From Candidatus Bathyarchaeota archaeon (GTDB lineage Archaea; Thermoproteota; Bathyarchaeia; Bathyarchaeales; Bathycorpusculaceae), in the NCBI GenBank assembly GCA_963826715.1, contig CAWGYA010000002.1, positions 320,001 to 384,000 on the forward strand: a DNA stretch of 64,000 nucleotides. The letters are read 5' to 3'. A program made the position numbers and the translations under genes. The notes under the pieces are model-generated. The model ran no database searches, was not told the origin of the DNA, and saw only the letters and a list, made by a program, of their open reading frames with translations. Position 1 is the first letter of the stretch; each line of letters begins with the position of its first letter. Positions 11,408 through 21,979 of this stretch are shown one piece after another.

Positions 11408-13018
11408 ATGTTAACCACCCCCGTTAAATGTTTCATGCTGCCATTCGCAACCAAGAAAAACCAAGACCCCAAGATTGAGGAAGCTGCGGTCTTTGCCATC
11501 TCAGAACTTCAGAGAAATAAGGGCGGAGGTTTACTTTTAAAGCAACCACAAGAAAAACTGTCTTTCGTATCAAGAGCGGCGTATCCCGTTTGGGTGTATC
11601 CCAAAAACAATTCGGCGTTAATCTTTGATGGCTTAAACGATTCAAGATATACCGCCTCATATAGTGAGGCACCTTCTGCGGGGGTTTTTTTGGATAATCT
11701 CCAATTAAATCAACGCCCAAGAGAAAACTACGCCGCATTCCTATCGAAGAATCAGTACTATTTTCAGAAACCACTCAAAGAAAAAGAATTCACCCTACAA
11801 GGCATAATAACCGACACAGTCTTCAAAGCAGAGTTTAACTTATACCGCAAAGAAGCCGATGATTTAAGTGTACCAGCAACGGTTCTTGAGCCTTTGCTTG
11901 AGGCAAATGAGATTGCGGCAATACTTAGTGAGTTAGATAAACTTCAGACTTATATTAATAACGACGCACAAAAACTGACAGAGTGCCTCAGAGCCCTCAC
12001 TAAAACAACCAGTCAATACATATCTGAAATAGACTTTGAAGCCAACGCAACTAATGAAGAAGCTGAAGCAAAAATAAAGGCACAAGGTGAATTCACTAAC
12101 CCCCAAATAACCAAACTCAACAAAGAGTATCAACGTGAAATCAAAAAAGTAACCCAGGACTTTGAAAGTAAAATAAAAAACCAGCAGAAGCAGAAAATAA
12201 AAATATTGAAAGACATATTGAACGCTGAAGCAAAAAGCCATAAATATGAACGTGAAGCAAAAGCACAGAGCAAGAAGGGGAATGAATTTTATGAGAAGCA
12301 TTGGAAAGAAAAAGTTAAGGTTACCGAGAAAGATCTCGCTACCCTTAAAAAAGAAAATAAAAACATAGAAAATAACATTAAAACACTTTCCAAACAAAAA
12401 ACCCAAGATATCTCCAAACTTAGTTTTGATTTGGACTCAAAAATCAAACTGGCACGTCAACCCCTCAAAGACCTGGCGGAAAACAGAGAAGATAAAAACT
12501 TTGCATATAAACAAGAAAAAAACAAGTTACTGGCACTTGAGAAAACCATAGTATATGGAATCAATAAGAGCATCAAACTACGAGAAACAATCAATACAAA
12601 TTTTGAGGGCTTAGGAACTCAAAATACTCAAATTAAGAACCCAACCCTGTTCTATATACCTTTTTATTTAGTCTGTTACGAAAACGATTCAGCCAGACGC
12701 TACACTTACGTTTCCCCATCTTCAGTTAGTTCGATTGATTTTTCAACTAAAATCAAAGGAGCATTGGGCATCCCTAAAATTAAGGACCTCCTTACACCCC
12801 GCTTTCAAGCTATAGCCGATCTCATAACCAATGTCGAAACACTCTCACGCCAAGACAACTGCTTTGAAGAGACCATTTGGAATTTTGGAGTGAAAAACAA
12901 CTTAATAAAAAACAACGCCTTCCAAAGTAACGTTGCCGAAGGTCTGCATATTCTTAGAACGCAAGGCTGGCTCTCAGAGAATGAAACATCAGACCTAAGC
13001 AGCCTATTGCATTCTTAA
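11408..13018 (+). CDS. coiled-coil hypothetical protein
   Basis: 536-aa ORF with a long K/E/Q heptad-rich centre flanked by globular YPxW and YIPFY segments. Confidence 0.8.
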   Translation: MLTTPVKCFMLPFATKKNQDPKIEEAAVFAISELQRNKGGGLLLKQPQEKLSFVSRAAYPVWVYPKNNSALIFDGLNDSRYTASYSEAPSAGVFLDNLQLNQRPRENYAAFLSKNQYYFQKPLKEKEFTLQGIITDTVFKAEFNLYRKEADDLSVPATVLEPLLEANEIAAILSELDKLQTYINNDAQKLTECLRALTKTTSQYISEIDFEANATNEEAEAKIKAQGEFTNPQITKLNKEYQREIKKVTQDFESKIKNQQKQKIKILKDILNAEAKSHKYEREAKAQSKKGNEFYEKHWKEKVKVTEKDLATLKKENKNIENNIKTLSKQKTQDISKLSFDLDSKIKLARQPLKDLAENREDKNFAYKQEKNKLLALEKTIVYGINKSIKLRETINTNFEGLGTQNTQIKNPTLFYIPFYLVCYENDSARRYTYVSPSSVSSIDFSTKIKGALGIPKIKDLLTPRFQAIADLITNVETLSRQDNCFEETIWNFGVKNNLIKNNAFQSNVAEGLHILRTQGWLSENETSDLSSLLHS

Positions 13019-13057
13019 ACAGTGATGCCCCAAAAAGCTTATTGAACTCCCAACACT

Positions 13058-13077
13058 GAATATTCAATGCAATATTC
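13058..13077 (+). promoter_or_regulatory. candidate metal-regulator operator
   Basis: Inverted repeat GAATATT-N6-AATATTC about 30 nt upstream of the metal ABC ATPase. Confidence 0.45.
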
Positions 13078-13108
13078 GCATTTATAACATATGAAAAGTT
13101 GAGTCGCA

Positions 13109-13804
13109 ATGGTTGATAGTAACAATTACATCTTGAAGGTTTCCAATCTTGGCGTTAAAATGCAAAACCAAACCCTGCTGGACCACATAAGCTTCAACGT
13201 TAAAAAAGGAACAACCCTCGCGATTCTAGGTCCAAACGGCGCAGGTAAAACAGTCCTTTTACGCACATTACTTAATCTTGTTCCACATACAGGCCAAATA
13301 GAATGGACAGAAAAAGTAAAAATCGGTTATGTCCCTCAATATGTTACAGTTTCAGATGTTCCTATGACTGTCAAAGAATTTCTCTCAATCGGAAACGGCT
13401 TTAACGTTCAAAACGCGTTGAACATGGTTAGGTTAAAAGATTCAAGCATCCTAAACAAACGATTAGGCGTTCTTTCAGGCGGGCAGCTGCGACGGGTATT
13501 GATTGCATGGGCACTTAACGATCATCCTAACGTGCTCCTCCTTGATGAACCAACAACAGGTGTAGATATGGACAGCGAAGAACCCATCTACCTCATGTTG
13601 AACGACATCAAAAAAACCCATAAAATCACTATCCTTCTAATCACACATAACATCCATATAGTTCAAGAGTACGCCGATGATCTACTTGCCATAAACAAAT
13701 GCGTAACCTTTTCTGGACCATCCGCTGAGTTAGGGAAGCCCAATGTTCAGAGACAAATTTATGGTGAACCTGTCTGCGTTGAAACCATTCGGGGAGAAAA
13801 ATAG
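13109..13804 (+). CDS. Zn/Mn ABC transporter ATPase (ZnuC-like)
   Basis: Walker A GPNGAGKT, GYVPQ, LSGGQ, LLLDEPT, ITH. Confidence 0.93.
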   Translation: MVDSNNYILKVSNLGVKMQNQTLLDHISFNVKKGTTLAILGPNGAGKTVLLRTLLNLVPHTGQIEWTEKVKIGYVPQYVTVSDVPMTVKEFLSIGNGFNVQNALNMVRLKDSSILNKRLGVLSGGQLRRVLIAWALNDHPNVLLLDEPTTGVDMDSEEPIYLMLNDIKKTHKITILLITHNIHIVQEYADDLLAINKCVTFSGPSAELGKPNVQRQIYGEPVCVETIRGEK

Positions 13805-13805
13805 A

Positions 13806-14606
13806 ATGACTGATACATTGCTCTTTAGCCTCGTCTTATCCATCTTCGTGGGGATAGCCACTGGATACTTGGGCTCCCTGATGGTTCTAGAGAAGATGGC
13901 ACTTGTAGGCGATGCCCTCTCGCACGTTGCCCTACCAGGTTTAGCAATAGGCATAACTCTAAATTTTAATCCCTACATAGGCGCCTTCGCTTTCCTCTTT
14001 GTAACTGCAGCGATTATTTGGCAGATTCAGCGAACCACAAAAATTTCATTTGAAGCTCTAGTCGGTGCTATGTTCACTTTAGCCTTAGCTATAGGCATTC
14101 TTTTGTACGGTGACAACTTAGACGCACTTGAAGCAGCACTTTTCGGCGATATTTCACAAGTTTCCTTGTTAAGCACCGCAGTGGCTGCAACCGTTTGTGT
14201 AGTGGCAATCCTATTAACCAAATTCATCTACAAACGCCTAGTATTAGCAATGATATCCGAGGACCTTGCAATTTCAAAAGGAATCAACGTCGCCCGAACC
14301 AACCTGCTCTACCTATTTCTAGTTTCAGTTGTTGTCGCCATTGGAATCCAAATAGTTGGAACCTTACTTGTAGGTTTCTTAGTAATTGTGCCCGCAATAG
14401 CCGCTAAAAACTTAAGCAGCCATATTAAACGCTATTCAATGCTCAGCGCAGTGTTCGGTGCCACGGCAGGATTCTCAGGGGTTCTAATTTGGAGCCTTTT
14501 CTTCAGATTATCAGTACCTTTTCCGGGACCAATCGTGGTATTTGCCGGAATCATAATTTTCGTAATTTCATTGATAATTAACTGGAGATTAAAACTTACG
14601 ACCTGA
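13806..14606 (+). CDS. Zn/Mn ABC transporter permease (ZnuB-like)
   Basis: MALVGDALSHVALPG and LFGDI motifs; ATG at 13806 with SD GGGGAG. Confidence 0.92.
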   Translation: MTDTLLFSLVLSIFVGIATGYLGSLMVLEKMALVGDALSHVALPGLAIGITLNFNPYIGAFAFLFVTAAIIWQIQRTTKISFEALVGAMFTLALAIGILLYGDNLDALEAALFGDISQVSLLSTAVAATVCVVAILLTKFIYKRLVLAMISEDLAISKGINVARTNLLYLFLVSVVVAIGIQIVGTLLVGFLVIVPAIAAKNLSSHIKRYSMLSAVFGATAGFSGVLIWSLFFRLSVPFPGPIVVFAGIIIFVISLIINWRLKLTT

Positions 14607-14615
14607 GGCTTTAAA

Positions 14616-15032
14616 ATGAAGAAGTATACTGGTAAAACTTCAACCGCAATAATACCTTATCACAACGATAAAGTTCTGCTAATTAAAAGAAATACGATCC
14701 CCTTTAAGGGCTACTGGGCATTACCCGGTGGCAGAATGGACCCCGGCGAAACCATCGAACAAACAATCATCAGAGAAGTTAAAGAAGAAACTGGACTCAA
14801 CATCATTGTTATCCAGATAGTGGGCGAATACATAGAGAAGGGCGTAAAAGATGATATCGAATATGAGTACTACCCAACCTGCTTTGTCGTCAAACCAGTC
14901 GGCGGAGAAATCAAAAAACAAGAAAGTGAAATCCAACAAATCCAATGCTTCAGCTTAAACGAGTTGCCCATACCATTGGCTTTTGAACACGACAAAATGC
15001 TAAGTGATTATCTAAAAACCAAAAAACAGTAA
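14616..15032 (+). CDS. NUDIX hydrolase
   Basis: Nudix box GG...GETIEQTIIREVKEETGL; LAFEH. Confidence 0.92.
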   Translation: MKKYTGKTSTAIIPYHNDKVLLIKRNTIPFKGYWALPGGRMDPGETIEQTIIREVKEETGLNIIVIQIVGEYIEKGVKDDIEYEYYPTCFVVKPVGGEIKKQESEIQQIQCFSLNELPIPLAFEHDKMLSDYLKTKKQ

Positions 15033-15251
15033 CAAAGAAAACCGGAAACTGATCGACAATTAAAAGATTAGGGCATTCAATTCTTAACTAGAATAATGTG
15101 GTGGCAACAAGAACTGTTTAATCTTGAAAAGCTCGCTTTCTGATCACATTTTTGAAGGTAGATTCGGCTTCAGAAGGTATATTAAAGTCAATCTCAAAAA
15201 TATATTTGCTGGATTTATTTTTATATGAAGTTTTAGGAGGTGGAATATTTC

Positions 15252-15644
15252 ATGAAGTTTGGTGATTTAATTCAAGAGTCAGATTGGAAAGTTGAGAAGC
15301 ATGTACCTGTTATCGATTGCCCTGACGAGGTTACAAAAGGGGAATTTTTCGAAGTTACTGCAAGCATAGGAAAAGAGGTTGCCCATCCAAACACTACTGC
15401 ACATCACATTAGCTGGATATCACTGTTTTTCCTTCCCGAAGGAGAAAAGTTTCCATACCAAATAGGAAAAGTAGAGTTTAATGCACACGGAGCTTCAGCT
15501 CAAGGACCAGACACTAGCACAGTGTATATACACCATAAATCAATCGTATGGATGAAAACAGACAAACCGGGCTCCATATTTGCCATGTCTCTCTGCAACA
15601 TTCATGGTCTCTGGCAGTACTCTAAACAAATTAAGATCAAATAA
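15252..15644 (+). CDS. sor: superoxide reductase (neelaredoxin / class II SORL)
   Basis: EKHVP, HPNTTAHHI and CNIHGLW iron ligands; SD AGGAGGTG upstream of ATG 15252. Confidence 0.92.
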   Translation: MKFGDLIQESDWKVEKHVPVIDCPDEVTKGEFFEVTASIGKEVAHPNTTAHHISWISLFFLPEGEKFPYQIGKVEFNAHGASAQGPDTSTVYIHHKSIVWMKTDKPGSIFAMSLCNIHGLWQYSKQIKIK

Positions 15645-15826
15645 TTTCACCTACCTTTTTTCGGTTCTATAAAATTTTTTTTGTTAAAGAAGAGAAAAAA
15701 TCGAAAAATACAGGGCTCTTTAAAAAGAGTGATTTCGCACAAATGCAGATTAATCATCATTTGAAAACAAAATAAAAAAGGATCAAATTGGATTGCTCAA
15801 AAACAATTCAGAATCTGAAGTTGATC

Positions 15827-16084
15827 TTATTTTATCATTTCAGCCTTGGCAGTTTTTCCGTTAACGTAGATTATTTTGATTTTTATGTGGTTCCCAGGTT
15901 TTGCATTCGGTACATACACCACTAGACCCTGAACTTTGGCTATACCTTCCTCTTTTGGACTTATCTCTGTAATGTCCACTTCTAATTCTTCTCCCAACTC
16001 AACGGGATAGCGCTTAAAACCCTTGCCATGACCACGCCTTCCCTCATAACTGCCACCTTGCCTTGATTTACTCATAAACACCAT
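15827..16084 (-). CDS. single TRAM-domain RNA chaperone
   Basis: PVELGEELEVDI...EGIAKVQGLVVYVP pattern with a G/R-rich N-terminus. Confidence 0.88.
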   Translation of the reverse strand: MVFMSKSRQGGSYEGRRGHGKGFKRYPVELGEELEVDITEISPKEEGIAKVQGLVVYVPNAKPGNHIKIKIIYVNGKTAKAEMIK

Positions 16085-16228
16085 CTTTTCGATAGATTAA
16101 ATATTTGTATATACATGCTTAAATTTTTCGCATAGACGTATTCAAATTTATTTTTCCCTGTAAATTTGTTATTACATTTTACTTAGGTTTTAAATAACTC
16201 TGCCTCATTATCTAAAAAGAAGTCCTCT

Positions 16229-16621
16229 CTATTCAGTGGCGGTAAGTATTACAGATTGCCTGTCGTTGTTTTTCCTGTTTGTCATAGCGCTTTCGCGTTT
16301 TTTTCTGAAACTTTCAAACCATTCTGAAACGTTTTGCCCTGTCAAACGATCAATACAATCGTTTCCCACGCGTATCGTCTTGCCATCTTCGTTTTCAATA
16401 ACAGAAACCTCGTAGGTTGGATAATTACCACACACCGCACATTTCATGTAGGGTACTGCAACGTAATTGTCAATTAACCGCCATTTCATGTTTTTATATT
16501 CGAACCTGGGAACTTTGTTAATAAACCTAGCGACTGTTTTATTCAACTCCAATAAATTATCATCAGTTTTTGTCAAATTAATCCACTCCAAATCTGAAAA
16601 ACTAGTGTTGCCAATTAACAT
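16229..16621 (-). CDS. hypothetical protein with CxxC...VGxDC zinc site
   Basis: CAVCG and VGNDC motifs, 130 aa. Confidence 0.65.
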   Translation of the reverse strand: MLIGNTSFSDLEWINLTKTDDNLLELNKTVARFINKVPRFEYKNMKWRLIDNYVAVPYMKCAVCGNYPTYEVSVIENEDGKTIRVGNDCIDRLTGQNVSEWFESFRKKRESAMTNRKNNDRQSVILTATE

Positions 16622-16742
16622 TAACCCTTAATATATGGCAGCTTCCCTTACTACCTATTACCCTATAACCTATACAGCACACTATTACTTAATGTTACTG
16701 AAGCATTTCCACCTTTTCACTGCCAAACTGAGGCGAAACTTA

Positions 16743-16821
16743 TGGCGGGCCCGGTGGGATTTGAACCCACGATCTCCGGCTCCGAAGGCCGACACCTTAA
16801 TCCGTGCTAGGCTACGAGCCC
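16743..16821 (-). tRNA. tRNA-Arg(TCG)
   Basis: Reverse complement GGGCTCG...TCGGC-CTTCGGA-GCCGG...GTGGGTTCAAATCCCAC-CGGGCCC-G-CCA. Confidence 0.95.
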
Positions 16822-16933
16822 ATTTACATGCTTTTTCACTAGTATACGGTGCTAAATTAGTCCTCTATACTATTGCATTCCACTATGGATTTCTTGTTTT
16901 AAAGTGCAGACGCTATATTTAGACTTTACATGT

Positions 16934-17184
16934 TTAGTCCGTCTTGATTTTACGGTAAAAGTGAACACCATTCATCTCGTCGAATTTTCGTATCCTTTCC
17001 GAGCGACTTCTCTTAGTTCCTGTGGAGTTCTAACCTCTACCATGTCAAATTCTTGGTCGCCGAAGCATTGAGCTGCCAGTTGCGGATAGATTTGAACGTA
17101 CGCCAATGAACTATGACCTATCAGGTATTGCACTGCGTCTGAGTTGCCTTTAACGTGTCGCTCTTTGGTTGCTCTCCAATATCT
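16934..17184 (-). pseudogene. tyrosine recombinase/integrase C-terminal remnant
   Basis: Manual translation RYWRATKERHVKGNSDAVQYLIGHSSLAYVQIYPQL...ARKGYE/FDEMNGVHFYRK* contains the R...LxGH...Y catalytic box; 5' part missing and one frameshift. Confidence 0.8.
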
Positions 17185-17381
17185 TTCGCTATAGGTGGGA
17201 TTTTTAGCAGAATTATAACTAACCTTTTAGAAACAGATTCAAAAAATATGGGTGCATGAAAAAAAAGTATATGCCCACCTGAGCAATTCTCCTCTGAACT
17301 AAGTTTATTAATGATTAGTATCTATATAATATAGGGTTTCTTACGAAAGTCACTAATTCATCTGCTCAAGCCCATGGAGAC

Positions 17382-18395
17382 ATGGGCAACCAGAGAATTT
17401 CAGATTTATTTGAGAGTTTTGATGAAGCTTACATAGCCGTCAACTGGGATTTAAACATCATATATTGGAATAGAGCAGCTGAAAGAGTAACTGCAACCAA
17501 AGCAAAAGATGCACTTGGAAAGAAGATATATGAAGTTTTACCTGAGATGATTTCGGTCGATTTTTCCCCATATTTGACTCTACTCCAAAATAAACAACGC
17601 AATCGATTTATGATGGAAGTAATCAGTAGGGAAACACACAAACCATCTGTTTTTGAGGTTTCAATGTATCCTTCTGAACAAGGAATAATAATCGTTGTTG
17701 AAGACAAAACTGAAGAAGAACAAACAAAAAGATTATCTGCAATCGGCGCTACCGCAGGAATGGTAGGGCACGATATACGAAATCCACTCCAAGCCATAAT
17801 ATCAGACGTTTTTTTGATCAAGCAAAGCCTAAAAACTGTGCCTGAATCAAAAAATAAAAGCGAAGTCACCGAGAGTTTGGATAACATTGAAAGTAATATT
17901 AACTACATCAACAAGATTGTGGCTGATTTACAGGATTATTCCCGAGAATTAGTCACTCAATACCAATCCATCAATTTCTCCGGTTTAGTTAAAGATATTT
18001 TGCAGTCTATTAATCGTCAAAGCAATATCAATATCTCTGTTGATATTGACAAGTCATTTGACATAGTTTCCGACAAGCTCATTCTTAGACGAATCTTGAC
18101 AAATCTTATTATCAACGCTCTTCAAGCAATGCCAAACGAAGGAAAACTCAAAATTAGCAGTTTTCTGAGTAATAGTAGAGTATTGATTATTGTAGAAGAT
18201 ACAGGTTTAGGGATCCCTGAAAATATTAAATCTAAATTGTTCATGCCTATGATGACTACAAAGGCAAAAGGGCAAGGACTCGGCTTAGCAGTAGTCAAGC
18301 GGCTGACAGAAGCAATAAAGGGAACCATAAGTTTTGAAAGCCAGGAAGGGATTGGTACAAAATTTATTATTTCCCTCCCCCAAAAGCCTGAATAG
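17382..18395 (+). CDS. PAS-domain sensor histidine kinase
   Basis: N-terminal PAS (YWNRAAE), H-box HDIRNPL, N-box NLIINA, DTGLGI, GQGLGL. Confidence 0.93.
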   Translation: MGNQRISDLFESFDEAYIAVNWDLNIIYWNRAAERVTATKAKDALGKKIYEVLPEMISVDFSPYLTLLQNKQRNRFMMEVISRETHKPSVFEVSMYPSEQGIIIVVEDKTEEEQTKRLSAIGATAGMVGHDIRNPLQAIISDVFLIKQSLKTVPESKNKSEVTESLDNIESNINYINKIVADLQDYSRELVTQYQSINFSGLVKDILQSINRQSNINISVDIDKSFDIVSDKLILRRILTNLIINALQAMPNEGKLKISSFLSNSRVLIIVEDTGLGIPENIKSKLFMPMMTTKAKGQGLGLAVVKRLTEAIKGTISFESQEGIGTKFIISLPQKPE

Positions 18396-18481
18396 ACTCT
18401 AGCGAACAGCATATAGGTAGTATTTGAGAAGGAAATAGACGCACGCCAAAGTTTTCAGCTATTAACACCTATCGTGTAGGT

Positions 18482-18900
18482 TTATACATTAGCGAAACAG
18501 CGACTCTTTTTCCACTCAAGCTACATTTTTAATTCCTTGTTAATTCTTGTATTGATTCTTCCATGACTTGAGTGCTCCAAATCTAGTTATTTCCCAACCA
18601 ATTAAGCCGCCCCCAATTATCGGGGGAATTACTTGATAGAATATAGAAGGGCAATTTGGGCTGCGTAGTATACATCTCAACGACAAAATTTAGAAGCGTC
18701 TTCCTGATGCTTATTCCCTGATAATCAGGCAAGACAACTAATCGACTAACCCGATAATACGTCACTTTCATTCTTATGCAGGCTACAGCTATGAAAGTAT
18801 TGGCTCGCTTTGGTAGAAGGTAACGTAACATCGGACTCCTGCGCCTAGTTTGCTGTTTAGACAGTAATACTACCGAAACATGTCCATATGTTCTTGCCGC
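18482..18900 (-). pseudogene. GNAT acetyltransferase remnant
   Basis: YRVSRLVVLPDYQGI acetyl-CoA motif; continues through frameshifts as PFYILSSN..ITRFG.HSSHG..INKEL..VSLMY. Ends approximate. Confidence 0.65.
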
Positions 18901-18983
18901 ACCGATTGATTTTGAGTTTAATGAGTGGCCGAACTCTTTTAACTGAGAATTTGGCGTGTCCAATCAAAATAGTAATTTCTTTT

Positions 18984-19295
18984 TTACTCATACCTATTTT
19001 GACTCTTGAAAGCGTCTTCAATAATGGGTAATGGTTTGAGTTCATTGAAGTATCTCAAAATATTATTACCTCGTTTAGTGACTACATAAACTGGCTTAGC
19101 TTCATGAACAGCTTGTTCTTCAACTATTCCTTGTTTAGTTAAGAAGTCCAAGTATTTTTCTAATAAACTCGAACTAAGATCGGCTTTGTTAATTATATTT
19201 GCAGACTTCAAAGGACCTTCCTGTGAAAGTACTTTGATTATTTGAATGCATATTTCGAGCCGCGTTTGCCCCACTGAGGTATATCTCCTTTTCAT
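18984..19295 (-). CDS. winged-helix transcription regulator
   Basis: RLEI..II..L...KYLDFL...G.V...YVVTKRG wHTH pattern. Confidence 0.85.
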   Translation of the reverse strand: MKRRYTSVGQTRLEICIQIIKVLSQEGPLKSANIINKADLSSSLLEKYLDFLTKQGIVEEQAVHEAKPVYVVTKRGNNILRYFNELKPLPIIEDAFKSQNRYE

Positions 19296-19673
19296 ATATC
19301 GACAGACTTGGATTTATAAACATTCTTATTCTTAATTCAAGCAATTATGCTTTTCATTAACAAAAATTCAAATAGACTCACATATTAACTTTAAATAAAT
19401 ATTTTTAGTTAAAATTTATATTAGATTAAAAGAATAAAAAAATCCTAGTTTACCATTATTAGTCTTTTTTCAAAAACCTTTCTTGCTGGTATGAAAGATG
19501 ATCTCTTTCAAATGTGCGGCAATACACTTTTAAAGTGCTCCAAATTTAAAATCCTAAGCAAAAAAGTTTTTAGCGCTGTTTATTCTGGTAAATTTAGATC
19601 CTGTCGGTTCCTTTATGTGAATTAGTAATAGATAATAACTACATATTTCATAAGGATTATCAAGACATATGAG

Positions 19674-20468
19674 TTGGTTCTATTGGATTATCTTTCCCCA
19701 CTAAGATCAGAACTTAAACTAAAAATTTTGTTAAGTCTCTTAAATGGCGAGAGAAAAATATCAGACCTTAGACGCGCTACCGAAACTCGAGACACCACAA
19801 TATTTCATGTTCTTGAAGATTTTGGAGACCTTGGTCTCACAATAAAGGCGCAAGGGGTTTACAAATTGTCAACACTCGGCATCATCGAAGCCAAAATAAT
19901 AAAAGAGACTATTTCCTCCGCTGAAGTTATTGAAAAATTTAAGGCCTTCTGGTTATCCCATAATGTAGATGATATACCTTCACACCTTCTTCTAAATATT
20001 GGTGCGTTAAAACAAGCACATTTAGTTCAGGCACAAGCAACAGAAATAGGGATTGTTCACCAGAAATTTATAGAAACCATTAGAACCGCTAAAAGAATAA
20101 AGGGTATATCACCTATATTTCACCCAGACTTCACATCTTTGTTTGGACAATTGCTAGAGCAAGGAAGCACAATCGAGCTTGTAGTTAGTAGCGATGTTTT
20201 GAGCAAGATAGCGGGTTTTATAGATTTTGAAATATTAAAGAAGTACTTCGCTAAGGATACGTTAAGAGTTTTTGTTAAAGACGATTTGAAAATTGCTCTC
20301 GCATTGAGTGAGCACAGTTTCTCTCTTGGGCTTTTTGATCAATCAGGATCTTATGACGACCGTATGGATTTGCGATCAGATTCAGTTGAGGCAATAAATT
20401 GGGGTGAGCGTCTTTTCGAAGGTATAGTAAAAAATAGCACAAGACTTGAAGCAGATTTATCAATTTAA
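19674..20468 (+). CDS. wHTH + DUF1724 regulator (FilR1-like, no receiver domain)
   Basis: N-terminal HTH, FWxxHxxxxIP, GISPIFHP, LGLF..G.YD, AINWG motifs. Confidence 0.85.
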   Translation: MVLLDYLSPLRSELKLKILLSLLNGERKISDLRRATETRDTTIFHVLEDFGDLGLTIKAQGVYKLSTLGIIEAKIIKETISSAEVIEKFKAFWLSHNVDDIPSHLLLNIGALKQAHLVQAQATEIGIVHQKFIETIRTAKRIKGISPIFHPDFTSLFGQLLEQGSTIELVVSSDVLSKIAGFIDFEILKKYFAKDTLRVFVKDDLKIALALSEHSFSLGLFDQSGSYDDRMDLRSDSVEAINWGERLFEGIVKNSTRLEADLSI

Positions 20469-20604
20469 CACTATTTAGGTTTTTATTTTTTTTTTCTAAC
20501 AAAAGTTCAATTTTTTTGATTAGGATATAGTCATTTTAGATCTGAATTAGTGCTTCATAAGCTTGATTACTTTTCTAAATCCATATTCGATTGAGAGAGG
20601 ATAG

Positions 20605-21504
20605 GTGGAAAAAGGAAACTTTCACGTAAGATCAATAAGTATTCTGAAAGCGATCGTTTTATCGAAAACACACCTCTCAATAATCAAAGCTCTAAAATTC
20701 ATGGTGTCAAGTTCTCTTCTCTTGGCTTTGAATGGAGTTATGGTGGTAATCTTTGGTTTTCTTTTAGAGGGCTCCACATTTTTGCCGCCCGTACTCTTCT
20801 CTGCATTTTTGGTTACTTTTGCAGTCTACGGATTAAACAAGTTCACCGACAAGAAGGAGGATTCGATTAATCGACCTGAAACTTTGCCAAAAGCTCCGGG
20901 GTACTATTTGTTTTTCTCAATCGTTTCAATGATAATTGGTTTTTTGATAGGATTATCGGAAGGTATTTGGTATTTTTTTGTTCTTTTAACACCTGTAATG
21001 ATTGGCATAATTTACAGTGTAAGGATTTCAAAATCGATCCCAAGACTAAAGGAAATTGTAGGTGTGAAGAGTCTTGTCGTTGCTTTAAGTTGGGCATTGA
21101 CAGGTTGTCTTCTGCCAGACCCCTTTTGCACAATGAAATTTCAGGTGATTATTGTTGTTTTTGTTTTTATTTTTATTCGAGTATTTGTAGGAGCGACTTT
21201 ATTCGATGTCTTGGATAAAGAGGGTGATTTAGCTTCAGGAGTCCAAACAATACCCTTGAAGCTGGGAAGAAAAAAAACTAAAGCACTTTTAATAATTCTA
21301 AACACCATAGGTATACTCTTACCGGTCTATTGTTTAGCAGTTGGGCTTCTTCATTTAGTACCTGCTCTGATATTCGGAGTTCTGTACGGATATTTTACGA
21401 TTTGGCTTCTATTTAGAAACAAATGTAACAGATTTACCGCAGGATTAATGCTAGATGGCGAATGGTTGCCCATCATCATTTTAGTTTGGTTACTTATCAG
21501 ATAA
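20605..21504 (+). CDS. UbiA-superfamily prenyltransferase
   Basis: NKFTDKKEDSINRP and FDVLDKEGD..GVQTIP aspartate-rich motifs, PRLK motif, about 8 TMs. Confidence 0.88.
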   Translation: MEKGNFHVRSISILKAIVLSKTHLSIIKALKFMVSSSLLLALNGVMVVIFGFLLEGSTFLPPVLFSAFLVTFAVYGLNKFTDKKEDSINRPETLPKAPGYYLFFSIVSMIIGFLIGLSEGIWYFFVLLTPVMIGIIYSVRISKSIPRLKEIVGVKSLVVALSWALTGCLLPDPFCTMKFQVIIVVFVFIFIRVFVGATLFDVLDKEGDLASGVQTIPLKLGRKKTKALLIILNTIGILLPVYCLAVGLLHLVPALIFGVLYGYFTIWLLFRNKCNRFTAGLMLDGEWLPIIILVWLLIR

Positions 21505-21567
21505 CAATTTGATCTAGTATTCTTATGAAGACCTTTCTTTTGCGTTAAAAAGCAAGTAATATTTTGG

Positions 21568-21906
21568 ATGAAACATCTATCTTTCAGTCAGGAATATTCT
21601 TATGTGGGAAATAATTTCCTTTGTTATTCTTTATTCATACTTAGCTTAAAAAAGGTTTTAGATTTGAGTACGATATCAGAAAATGGCCTGAAAAATAAAA
21701 AAGCGCCTTTCGTTAGGTGTGAGTGTGGTTTTGAAATTTTGTTGCTTCCTGATTTGAAGATGATAGTCAAGGCGATTGAAACTCATGGCGTTCAACATGG
21801 AGTAAGAGAAAAAGACGCTGCAAAAGCGGCTTCTGAACAACAACGGATCGAAAATGACCTATCTGCCAATACCCTGAAAGCAACTGCGAGCTTTACTGAA
21901 AAATGA
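21568..21906 (+). CDS. small Zn-binding hypothetical protein (start probably further downstream)
   Basis: CECG...LLPDL...AIETH..QH pattern. Confidence 0.6.
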   Translation: MKHLSFSQEYSYVGNNFLCYSLFILSLKKVLDLSTISENGLKNKKAPFVRCECGFEILLLPDLKMIVKAIETHGVQHGVREKDAAKAASEQQRIENDLSANTLKATASFTEK

Positions 21907-21979
21907 ACTGTATTTGAAAATCATTTTACATTTTCCCTTAAAGGAAATGTAATTGTTGTTAAGAAAAACCATCTTTCAG

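Noticed and set aside
16635-16922. 95-aa ORF spanning tRNA-Arg
   Set aside because: Antisense read of the tRNA (WRARWDLNPR); not a protein.
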